Made by a program: the position numbers and the translations under genes | Shown: positions 54,798-62,594 of the stretch, piece after piece | Numbering within the stretch: position 1 is the stretch's first letter | Layout of the letters: every line of letters starts with the position of its first letter | Notes under the pieces: model-generated | The model's database searches: none | Seen by the model: only the letters and a program-made list of their open reading frames with translations | Told to the model about the DNA's origin: nothing | From: Candidatus Moraniibacteriota bacterium | Lineage (GTDB): Bacteria; Patescibacteriota; Minisyncoccia; Moranbacterales; UBA2206 | NCBI GenBank assembly: GCA_013334765.1 | Contig: JAAXWW010000003.1 | Coordinates: forward strand, 49,354 to 113,353 | DNA length: 64,000 bases | Reading direction: 5' to 3'

Positions 54798-55301
54798 TCA
54801 ATTACCTAACCTTCTGCACTCTTCCAACCACTTATTAAAGGCTTTATAAAATTCTCCGTTCTTTTTCAAATCATCCCTGATAACTTCAATATTCTCATTA
54901 GTCATTATCTCGTGACTTTTCTCATCAGAAAGAAGATCCATTATTGGAACGGCAATCTCCGTGTCGTTTTCCCCGTCCCATTCATTGACATGAAAAACGC
55001 CAGAAAGCCCACTATCCCATGTCGCATCGATATTTTTCCATTCTCCGTCAATCTTCATTTCGAGATAAACATGCGTGCTATTGTCATCATGCTGAGCCTC
55101 ACATACGCCTTTAGGCAGTTTCAGATCGCTCCATCTGAAACTGCAAACCCGATACCTGCACTCGTATCCAAGATTCTCAAACGCTTTCTTCAGTAGCATA
55201 TGCTTTCCACTGCAACAGCAATCATTTTCGCCAAGCGAGACTGGTATTTTGTATGGTATATCCCTGACCTGATTGAAAGCATTGACCAATTTATTTTTCA
55301 T
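54798..55301 (-). CDS. transglutaminase-like cysteine-peptidase-fold protein
   Basis: CCCSGKHMLLKKAFENLGY (Cys), HVYLEMKIDGEW (His), NIDATWD (Asp) in the canonical order. Confidence 0.45.
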   Translation of the reverse strand: MKNKLVNAFNQVRDIPYKIPVSLGENDCCCSGKHMLLKKAFENLGYECRYRVCSFRWSDLKLPKGVCEAQHDDNSTHVYLEMKIDGEWKNIDATWDSGLSGVFHVNEWDGENDTEIAVPIMDLLSDEKSHEIMTNENIEVIRDDLKKNGEFYKAFNKWLEECRRLGN

Positions 55302-55304
55302 AGG

Positions 55305-56333
55305 CTATAGTTTCCTGATTATCACATCTTTCAAATATTGATTCATGAAATCAGTTTTTTCGCCTATTTTAGCTTTGCCATCCGAAACGAACCTCGCCGA
55401 AAGAGGCTTCTTGTATTTGTTGGATAATCCTTGGATGGTCTTGAGGATGTCAACCACTTTGCCCAGTTCCTCATCAACGCCGATAGGATAAGTGTCGATA
55501 CCGAGTCCTGAATGAAGCGACAGGAAAATGTTCCGTTCAATCGAAAAATTTCCTTTCTCATATTCCTGAGCCAGCTCGAAATCCTCAAGGCACGGGAACA
55601 TCAGTCCGCAAAGACCGATAGGCTTCGGATTGCTCTCTTTGATGAATTTGGTTATTCTCATGTATACATCGCTGACAACGGAATCATTAAAGCTTGGCCT
55701 CATTGCCTTGATGAAATTTATAAGACTGCTCTTCCCTTCGAATAGTGGGGCGATCGACGAATCGATTCCTAGATAATCCTTGTCCTGACCGAATAATCCG
55801 TCAATTTCATCCCAAATATCCTTCATTCTATTGAACCATTCTTCCAGCGAATTGCAGCCGTCTGCCAAATCATTAGGTTGGAGTCCGATTGAGAATCCTT
55901 CCTTTTCATAAGTTGCCGACGGGAAATACGGGCTTGATGGAGAATCGTTGAATACGTAGGAGAATTGGAATGTCCTCGCTGAATTTCCCTTTATTATCTC
56001 AAAAAGTAGCTCAGCATGTTCCGTGTTTATCTCCTCTGATGTCAAATCAACATTGAATGATATGCCTTTCTCAGCTCCCAAAAAATGACCCATCTGCTTC
56101 TTAGCTTCATCCATAGGAATCGTCCCGATATTCAGGAGAATCGATTCGTCCTTGACGGATTGTCCCAAATCTTGGAATGTTTTTCCGTTTGAGCAGATTC
56201 TTTTGGTTTGGATTTCAAAACCTCTGTCTTTTAAAACGTTTTCGATCTCGCCAAGCCGCCTCAGCGTCTCCTCGCTAGGATCATGAGAAAAACAGCAGAT
56301 TGTCCTGATAATCTTATTGCCCATATATTCCAT
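55305..56333 (-). CDS. hypothetical protein (possibly UPF0210/DUF711-like)
   Basis: 342 aa, mixed alpha/beta. No definitive motif. Confidence 0.4.
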   Translation of the reverse strand: MEYMGNKIIRTICCFSHDPSEETLRRLGEIENVLKDRGFEIQTKRICSNGKTFQDLGQSVKDESILLNIGTIPMDEAKKQMGHFLGAEKGISFNVDLTSEEINTEHAELLFEIIKGNSARTFQFSYVFNDSPSSPYFPSATYEKEGFSIGLQPNDLADGCNSLEEWFNRMKDIWDEIDGLFGQDKDYLGIDSSIAPLFEGKSSLINFIKAMRPSFNDSVVSDVYMRITKFIKESNPKPIGLCGLMFPCLEDFELAQEYEKGNFSIERNIFLSLHSGLGIDTYPIGVDEELGKVVDILKTIQGLSNKYKKPLSARFVSDGKAKIGEKTDFMNQYLKDVIIRKL

Positions 56334-56374
56334 TTTACTTAAAAATTACCGCATATCCCACCGGGACTTAATTC

Positions 56375-57433
56375 CTATCCGAAATAATTCTCCACAGCAA
56401 ACTCGAACTGTCTCAAAAACAGCTCTTTGAAATACGAAATATTGTTCTGCTCATAAAACAGCAAGACCGCTTTCTTATATTCACCCTCATCCATGCTTCG
56501 ATAAGAAAGAGGGCAAGAATCGAAAGATTGCAGGATCGCATTCCCGCTTAGCCGGCTGGTGCGCTTGTTGCCATCCACGAACGGCTGGATATAGGCAATA
56601 AGCAGCATCAGGATGACCGCTTTTTCGAAAGCGTCCTGCTTTTCATTCACAACCTTGCAAGCTTTTTCCAAGGCTTCTCTGATCTGGAACTCATTATCCA
56701 ACGGCTTATAATTCGTTCCGGTTATTCCCACTAAAGTTTTTCGCAAATTTTTCGTGACATTCAAACCGTCAACTAACATGGAATGAATGTTTTCTATTTT
56801 AGAAACGGATACGGATTGAAATTCATTCTTGTTGCTGCCGATATATTCCAAGGCTTTCTTGTGGTTGAGAATCATAGCGGCTTCTTCTTTGGAATGGCCG
56901 TCTGCTTCCTTTTGGTTCTTGATCAGCTGTTCCGTTTCCAAAAGGCTATAGGTATTCCCTTCTATTTTTGAAGATTTCCAACTGAAATCGATGTTCAATC
57001 TTTCGATTTCTTTCTTGAGCGCGTCAGGAGAAACATCCTTGATTTTATGCCTATAGGTTTCATTCAAATCAGAGAGCTTGTTTTTTTCAACTTCAGTGAA
57101 GATATCCTTCAGTTGTTCGAAAATATCGAAATTGAATTTCTCTTTCACTTCCCGCTGGTCGACATCATTGGCAAAATACTTCTCAACATCGATCTTTTTT
57201 ATAATCGGATATCTGGAAGAAAGTTTGTAGGTGACAGCTCGTCCGGCGGTACCTTGCCTTTCTATCAGGCCCAGCCCCAGCATTTTTTCCAAATCCCTAG
57301 AGATGGTCATCCTAGTCACCTTGCCCAGTTCTTTTTCTATATGCTCGATTATCTGACCGCCAGAAACAGTCCCTTTTTCTTCAATAAAAGAGAGGGTTAT
57401 TTCCTGCCTTCTGTTTAGCTTTTCAGTTTTCAT
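56375..57433 (-). CDS. Fic-family protein with N-terminal winged HTH
   Basis: Fic motif IQPFVDGNKRTSRLSGNAIL (HPFx[DE]GNGR with Q substituting for the His). N-terminal GQIIEHIEKELGKVTRMTISRDLEKMLGLGLIERQG wHTH. Confidence 0.75.
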   Translation of the reverse strand: MKTEKLNRRQEITLSFIEEKGTVSGGQIIEHIEKELGKVTRMTISRDLEKMLGLGLIERQGTAGRAVTYKLSSRYPIIKKIDVEKYFANDVDQREVKEKFNFDIFEQLKDIFTEVEKNKLSDLNETYRHKIKDVSPDALKKEIERLNIDFSWKSSKIEGNTYSLLETEQLIKNQKEADGHSKEEAAMILNHKKALEYIGSNKNEFQSVSVSKIENIHSMLVDGLNVTKNLRKTLVGITGTNYKPLDNEFQIREALEKACKVVNEKQDAFEKAVILMLLIAYIQPFVDGNKRTSRLSGNAILQSFDSCPLSYRSMDEGEYKKAVLLFYEQNNISYFKELFLRQFEFAVENYFG

Positions 57434-57445
57434 ACGAATATAATA

Positions 57446-57549
57446 GTAACATTTTTATGCCTTAAATGTAACATTTGTGTTACATTTAGTCAATCAAGCC
57501 ATTTATTTTTACATTGAAATGGCTGATATGAACCATTTTATTGTAACAT
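57446..57549. promoter_or_regulatory. GTAACA(T) repeat cluster including a 10-4-10 inverted repeat, upstream of the fic gene
   Basis: gtaacat at 57446, 57468 and 57543. Perfect IR aaatgtaaca-tttg-tgttacattt at 57464-57487. Sits between the -10-like tattat/tatatt and the fic ATG. Confidence 0.5.
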
Positions 57550-57636
57550 TTTATCCTTATATTCCGACTATATGAGATCAATCCCCATTTCATGCACTTG
57601 TTCCGCCTCGTCATTGCTTAAGACACCAAGATATGT

Positions 57637-58498
57637 TCACTTCCTGAGCTTTGGGTATTTTCCTTTGATCAGCTTGATAATCAGTGTCTTAAAGGTCACC
57701 GCATCTTTATATTCATAATTTTGATCGATATTCACCTCTTCAGATGGATATTCTTTTTCAATTTCGATTTTCAATCCCGCTTCTTCAAAAGATTCCAGAT
57801 ATTGGCCAAAATCTATGGCAGCATTTTTTATGGAAACCGACGACTCGCCGCGCTTCAAGATTATTGGAACGAAATTATTCTTGATTTCTTTTTCATGATC
57901 TCCTATATAGGCTACGTTCGTTTCGATCAAGACTTCTCCGCCCTCTTTCAAGCTATCGCTTATATCACGCATCGCTTTTTTTTATATCAGTGCTATAGAC
58001 CAAGCTGAATCGGGAAAAAACAATATCGAACTTCCTTTCGAAAGCTGGCAAATTATTTATATCCCCATTCACCACTTCGAATCGCCTCAGATCTTTTTCC
58101 TCCTTTCTCTCTTTTGCCTTTTGCACCATCGAGCGGCTCAGATCGATACCCAAGACTTCCTTAGCTCCTCTTTGGCAGAACAATTCGGAATAACGGCCGT
58201 TCCCGCAGCCGTGATCGAGAACTGTCTTCCCCTCGAAACTCTCCGGTATCAAGGATTCGAAGTATTTATCAGCTTCCGTCTTGTTCTCACCGCCTTCCGC
58301 ATCCTTGCCGATAGTTTCATAATATTTCTCTGTTATTTCTTCACTATAGATGCTCTCTGATTTTGGCATGAATTTTTCCATAAAAAATAGATTATCCTCA
58401 GGCATATTTAATATATACATTATATCCCAGCTTAACCAACAAAAAAACACCCGCCTGCTGAGTGCAAAATAAAAAGAGGCTATCGACATTGTCGACAT
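57637..58498 (-). pseudogene. class I SAM methyltransferase split by a frameshift at a homopolymer (A8 on the coding strand)
   Basis: ORF 57965-58498 carries VLDHGCGNGRYSELF (motif I). ORF 57637-57972 carries the downstream LKEGGEVLIET block. They overlap by 8 nt at the T8 run 57976-57983. Deleting one base fuses them in frame. Confidence 0.6.
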
Positions 58499-58503
58499 CC
58501 TCT
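58441..58503 (-). terminator. tandem terminator module T2+T1 (copy 3 of 4)
   Basis: Plus strand AAAAAAACACCCGCCTGCTGAGTGC (T2), then agagg-N19-cctct hairpin with A-run (T1). The minus strand gives two successive hairpin plus U-run terminators. Confidence 0.55.
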
Positions 58504-58518
58504 AGGGAGAAGACCAAT

Positions 58519-58566
58519 TGGACTTAGATGGATTCGAACCTCCGACTACCCGGATGCTAATCCGGC
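58519..58566 (-). other. tRNA 3'-half remnant (anticodon arm, T arm, 3' acceptor strand), homologous to the tRNA at 62001-62074
   Basis: Minus strand ccgga-ttagca-tccgg-gtagtc-ggagg-ttcgaat-ccatc-taagtcc-a parallels ccggg-ctagca-cccgg-ggtagtc-ggggg-ttcgaat-ctccc-caggccc-a of the intact tRNA. The would-be 5' half is the coding C-terminus (RTSAA*) of the helicase gene. Confidence 0.55.
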
Positions 58567-58568
58567 AA

Positions 58569-60452
58569 CTATGCCGCTGAGGTACGGACTAACTCTTCCA
58601 GCTTTTCCCGACCGATTATGTGCAGCTCGGACACCGCCCGAGTAAGCGCCACATAAAGGAGGTCTCTGTCTATTTTTCTTTTTTCTTCAGCGAAATCCTT
58701 GTATTTGTCATCCGCGTAAGATGCGAACATTTCCCTGCTGATCCCGACCAGGATAACGACGTCGAATTCCACCCCTTGAGACTCGTTCATCGTCATGACA
58801 TGGACTTTTTCGTTGTCGGAAAAGAATTCCCGGAAATCCGAAAGATACCCGCTCTCTTTGGCCAAAATGCCGACAGTGGAATAATCCTTGTCTTTGAGGA
58901 TTTTTCTGACCTGTTCGATTTCCTTATCCTTCGTTTCCAGAACATATTCTCCTACCGCCGCCCCATCCCTGAGCTGATCGATGATCTCGATGCCATATCC
59001 AAGCTTCTTGATGAATTTGAGGATGTTCTTGGTATTGCGATAGACCTTTTCCAAAACGACTTTCCTTTCCCCGTCCATCCGCTCATCGATATCGTCCCAC
59101 TGGCGGATCGTTCCCAGTTTCACCTGCTGGCCCATATCGCCGACATAAATGACAGCCCGGGTCCTCTCATTCACGCACGTCTTGATGAGGTTCAGCTGAT
59201 CAGGCAGATAGTTCTGGAATTCATCGATCACGGCCAATGAATATTTCAAAGGGACAGGCCCGCTTTTCTTCTTCACCTTCCCGTTCTTCTGTTCGACATA
59301 ATATTCCTTCACCACGCTTAACTCCTTATTGCGCCTATGGAAAATCTTCAGAAGAAGGGTCAGATCGATCCTGTCATATATGTTCCCGGCTTTCTGACTG
59401 CGAAACAGCTCCTTCTGGCTATCGCTGAAATGTGGTCCATAAATTTTTTCCAGCATTGAAAGATCATTGCCGATGAGATTCCTAGGCAGCTTCGCGAGGG
59501 CTTTCAGTTTCTGGAATTCATAGAGATCCTTCTCATATTCCGAATCCCCGTATCTATCAACGAAAACTCCATCCATTCCGAGAATCTTGAAAGCCCACTT
59601 CTGAAATGTCGTTATCTCAACCTCATCGATGCCGAGCTCCGCCAGGAGATGCGAGAAATATTCCTTCGTTCCTTCGTCTTGGACGAATACGATGATCGAT
59701 TTACTAGCATAGAGATGGGACAGATCCGGAGACTGGGCCAGATAGGCGACCCGATGCAAAGCCAATGTCGTCTTTCCGCTTCCTGCCGGACCGGAAATGA
59801 GGAATGGTCCGACATGATGGGCCCTGATCACCTTGTCTTGGGCCTTTTCCATCTGGGCCACGATTTCCGGCAGGACGAAACCGGTTTTCTGAGCGGAAAA
59901 ATATTCCTCATAAACCAGCTCCCTCGGCGCATCGATCCCTTCGGTCGATAGGAATTTGATCTTTCCGTCCACTATCATATATTGATCCTTTCGGAGGAGC
60001 CTCGCCTTCTGGATCATGCCGTCCGGCCGCTTATAGCTCACGTCTCCTGGTTTTTCGAATCGCATAACGGAAGCCGGGGCTACCCAGGAATAGATCGATT
60101 TCTCATCGAAACCGAATTTTCCGAAATATATTTCCGACTCCTTCTTGTCATCTGGAAAAAGAATATCGCATCGCACGAAATATGGAGAGCCCTCCAGATG
60201 CGCAAGCTCCCCCGTTCTTTTCTTGCCATTAGCCAGAATTATATTCTCAACCATCTGATTGGCATAGGAAAGGCTGCTGATTCTCTCTTTGCTTGATTTC
60301 AGATTGTTTTCCAGCTGCTTGAAGCCGGCTTTGATAGCGGCACGAACGTCGGCCAGATGCGTTCTGGCTTGGGATAGGATTGTTTCCTTATTGATCATAG
60401 GGATTAAAAAAAGACTTATGCATAAGCCAGGAAATCGCCCTTTCGGATACAA
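58569..60452 (-). CDS. UvrD/REP-superfamily (SF1) DNA helicase-like protein with ~200-aa N-terminal extension
   Basis: Walker A GPFLISGPAGSGKTTLALHRVAYL, motif II AVIDEFQNYLP, C-terminal VHVMTMNESQGVEFDVVILVG (motif VI region). Confidence 0.65.
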   Translation of the reverse strand: MYPKGRFPGLCISLFLIPMINKETILSQARTHLADVRAAIKAGFKQLENNLKSSKERISSLSYANQMVENIILANGKKRTGELAHLEGSPYFVRCDILFPDDKKESEIYFGKFGFDEKSIYSWVAPASVMRFEKPGDVSYKRPDGMIQKARLLRKDQYMIVDGKIKFLSTEGIDAPRELVYEEYFSAQKTGFVLPEIVAQMEKAQDKVIRAHHVGPFLISGPAGSGKTTLALHRVAYLAQSPDLSHLYASKSIIVFVQDEGTKEYFSHLLAELGIDEVEITTFQKWAFKILGMDGVFVDRYGDSEYEKDLYEFQKLKALAKLPRNLIGNDLSMLEKIYGPHFSDSQKELFRSQKAGNIYDRIDLTLLLKIFHRRNKELSVVKEYYVEQKNGKVKKKSGPVPLKYSLAVIDEFQNYLPDQLNLIKTCVNERTRAVIYVGDMGQQVKLGTIRQWDDIDERMDGERKVVLEKVYRNTKNILKFIKKLGYGIEIIDQLRDGAAVGEYVLETKDKEIEQVRKILKDKDYSTVGILAKESGYLSDFREFFSDNEKVHVMTMNESQGVEFDVVILVGISREMFASYADDKYKDFAEEKRKIDRDLLYVALTRAVSELHIIGREKLEELVRTSAA

Positions 60453-60586
60453 TTCGTCCCTGCTTATGTTAAGTCGGTCTGGCTTGAAGTGGTGTGATTC
60501 TCAGTTACAAGAATTTTTCAGTAGATTCAAGGTAACATATTGGGGAAGTTTGTGCAATAATTGTCATTTCATCGCCTTTCGACCAA

Positions 60587-61861
60587 TTATTTTTTAGTTG
60601 CCTTTTTCTTTGGCTTAACAGTAAGCGTAAGATCATATTCTAGGTTATTTTCTTTAAGTTCATATTCTTCCTTATAAATTTTTTTAAACAATTCCTTAAA
60701 TTTTTTATTTTTTTTCACCTCTCTAAAAAGTGGCCAATCTCTATATCCAGCCTTGGAGATAAACTCTCCGTCCTTGCCAATTTTTTTCATTATCAAAAAA
60801 GCAGCTTCATAATTTTCTAGGATAATTTCTTTGGCAAGTTTAAAATCATTTGAGGATGCACTCCAATCCCAACTATTGATAATTTTAAACGCATCTTCCT
60901 TATTACCTCCCAGTTTCCTAGATAAAGCTTTGTTTATGATAAAAACGTTTTTGTTTACATCGCTTGCATGTTTTTTTAGAACATCCGTCGAAAAATCCAA
61001 GAGAACATCAGCCAATGCAAATGATTGCCTATCTATAAGATCATAGCAAATTTTATTCAGATTATCATCTGCTTTTGAAAGCTCATTCGGTTTTAACTTT
61101 CTCCAAATAACATGAGTTAGCTTTACTCCCAATTCAATCAAGCAATTACAAATATCATCCAAATATTGAGGAGAAACGCCCAATTCCAATCCTGGCGCAT
61201 ATTCATGACTTAGCTTTACTCCAGACTGCTTGCAGATCGCGACGTATTGGCTACCGATAATTCCACCACAATGAACAAATAAATTTCGTCGCTCTGTTAT
61301 CTCTACAAATTTATGCCAAATCGATAAATCCTTACGCAAAGACATATTCAACTTTTTTTCTATCCATTCAAAATGAAATGTATGACTTTCTCTTAAAACA
61401 CTTTCGACCTCCTTTTCTATTATATAATTTTTCGCCTCATTAATATTTTTGAAATTGGTTAGTGCTGAGAAATTAACATTTTTTTCACAATTGTTAAGGA
61501 TTTCAGGGTTTAAAAGAATGATATTTCTTATTATGATACCTATAAAAAAATCGAATTCACTAATAAGTGAAACCGATATACTCCTTGGAACTATTCTTAA
61601 TGATGCTTTTGATATGTTAGTATCATTTTTGAGCTCTTCAAAATATTTTCTATTTTCGTGTTTAATTTTAAAAGACTTATTCGTTACATTCTTACCATTT
61701 TTTTTAATAAAATGAGCTAGTTTGCTCTGATTAACCTTGTGACTCACCTCAATTAATCCCATTGTTAAATGCAGTGCACGTTTTAAGCTATTTATATTTT
61801 TAATGAAGTTTTCTAAATTTTCTTCAAAGACATTGGTATTTTTTACCTTTTTACTATTCAT
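60587..61861 (-). CDS. HEPN-like (Rx4H) Abi-type protein, hypothetical
   Basis: Start moved to MNSKKVKNTN (RBS-compatible, avoids the terminator motif). ITERRNLFVHCGG contains R-N-x3-H, like Abi_2/HEPN active sites. 28 percent GC. Confidence 0.4.
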   Translation of the reverse strand: MNSKKVKNTNVFEENLENFIKNINSLKRALHLTMGLIEVSHKVNQSKLAHFIKKNGKNVTNKSFKIKHENRKYFEELKNDTNISKASLRIVPRSISVSLISEFDFFIGIIIRNIILLNPEILNNCEKNVNFSALTNFKNINEAKNYIIEKEVESVLRESHTFHFEWIEKKLNMSLRKDLSIWHKFVEITERRNLFVHCGGIIGSQYVAICKQSGVKLSHEYAPGLELGVSPQYLDDICNCLIELGVKLTHVIWRKLKPNELSKADDNLNKICYDLIDRQSFALADVLLDFSTDVLKKHASDVNKNVFIINKALSRKLGGNKEDAFKIINSWDWSASSNDFKLAKEIILENYEAAFLIMKKIGKDGEFISKAGYRDWPLFREVKKNKKFKELFKKIYKEEYELKENNLEYDLTLTVKPKKKATKK

Positions 61862-61925
61862 ATATCTTGGTTTATATAATAAGCTAGTAATATTTAAATT
61901 GTAACATAACGATTCTAAAAAACAT

Positions 61926-61985
61926 AAAAAACACCCATCTACTGAGTGCAAAAAAAGAGGCCATCGACAATATCGACAGCCTCTA
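61926..61985 (-). terminator. tandem terminator module T2+T1 (copy 4 of 4)
   Basis: Plus strand AAAAAACACCCATCTACTGAGTGC, then agaggccatcgacaatatcgacagcctct. On the minus strand both hairpins are followed by U-runs. Lies immediately 3' of the tRNA pair. Confidence 0.6.
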
Positions 61986-62000
61986 TGGGAAAGGCCTGAT

Positions 62001-62074
62001 GGGCCTGGGGAGATTCGAACCCCCGACTACCCCGGGTGCTAGCCCGGTAGCTCTACCGCTGAGCTACAGACCCA
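62001..62074 (-). tRNA. tRNA, anticodon uncertain (anticodon loop CUAGCA(C), formally AGC)
   Basis: Minus strand gggtctg-ta-gctc-agcggta-gagc-ta-ccggg-ctagca-cccgg-ggtagtc-ggggg-ttcgaat-ctccc-caggccc-a. Acceptor 7/7 with one G-U, good D and T arms. The anticodon arm is either a perfect 5-bp stem with a 6-nt loop or a 7-nt loop with a G-G mismatch. Confidence 0.6.
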
Positions 62075-62091
62075 CATTCAAAGGAGATTTT

Positions 62092-62167
62092 GGAGCAGCG
62101 GGCTGGATTTGAACCAGCGACTTCACCCCTGGCAGGAGTGCACTCTACCAACTGAGTTACCGCCGAC
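62092..62167 (-). tRNA. tRNA-Gly (anticodon GCC), CCA encoded
   Basis: D arm actc-agttggta-gagt, anticodon arm cactc-ctGCCag-gggtg, T arm gctgg-ttcaaat-ccagc. Discriminator U plus CCA. Position 1-72 is U-C by my reading, so the exact 5' end needs checking. Confidence 0.65.
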
Positions 62168-62233
62168 TCACGTTTCGAAAAAAAGGATCTTAAAAACACT
62201 TAGATAAATAAATGCTTTTAGGATCCTTTTTTT

Positions 62234-62473
62234 CAACAAGCTTTCGTAATTCTTTGTGATTAGTCCTGAGAATATAGAATCGTATGCGTGAGCTGTACAA
62301 AACCCACGACTGCCGTTTTTATTTGGCTCGGCTTGCCTTTGCTGTTCCCCGCCGAGGCGGGGTCGACCAGCTGACAATGACCATACCCCTCCGCCACTTG
62401 CCACTTAAGGCAAACGGCGTTTCGTGAGTAATATTCTGCGGTCATCGTCGTATCTCCCTAGAAAGGAGGTGAT
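62234..62473. repeat. direct repeat C2: authentic 16S 3'-tail plus ITS (partner of 52259-52507)
   Basis: See C1. This copy is contiguous with the 16S rRNA body. Confidence 0.85.
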
Positions 62474-62594
62474 CCATCCACAGCTTCCGCTACGGATGCC
62501 TTGTTACGACTTCACCCTTGTTACCGATCCTACCGTGGTCCCTGCTTTGAGACAGGGCCTTCGGGCATTACCAGCTCCCCTGGTGTGACGGGCG

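Noticed and set aside
58506-58590. A complete tRNA at this position
   Set aside because: Only the 3' ~48 nt fold as tRNA. The upstream part cannot form acceptor or D stems and is the in-frame C-terminus (…RTSAA stop) of the helicase ORF. Called a remnant instead.
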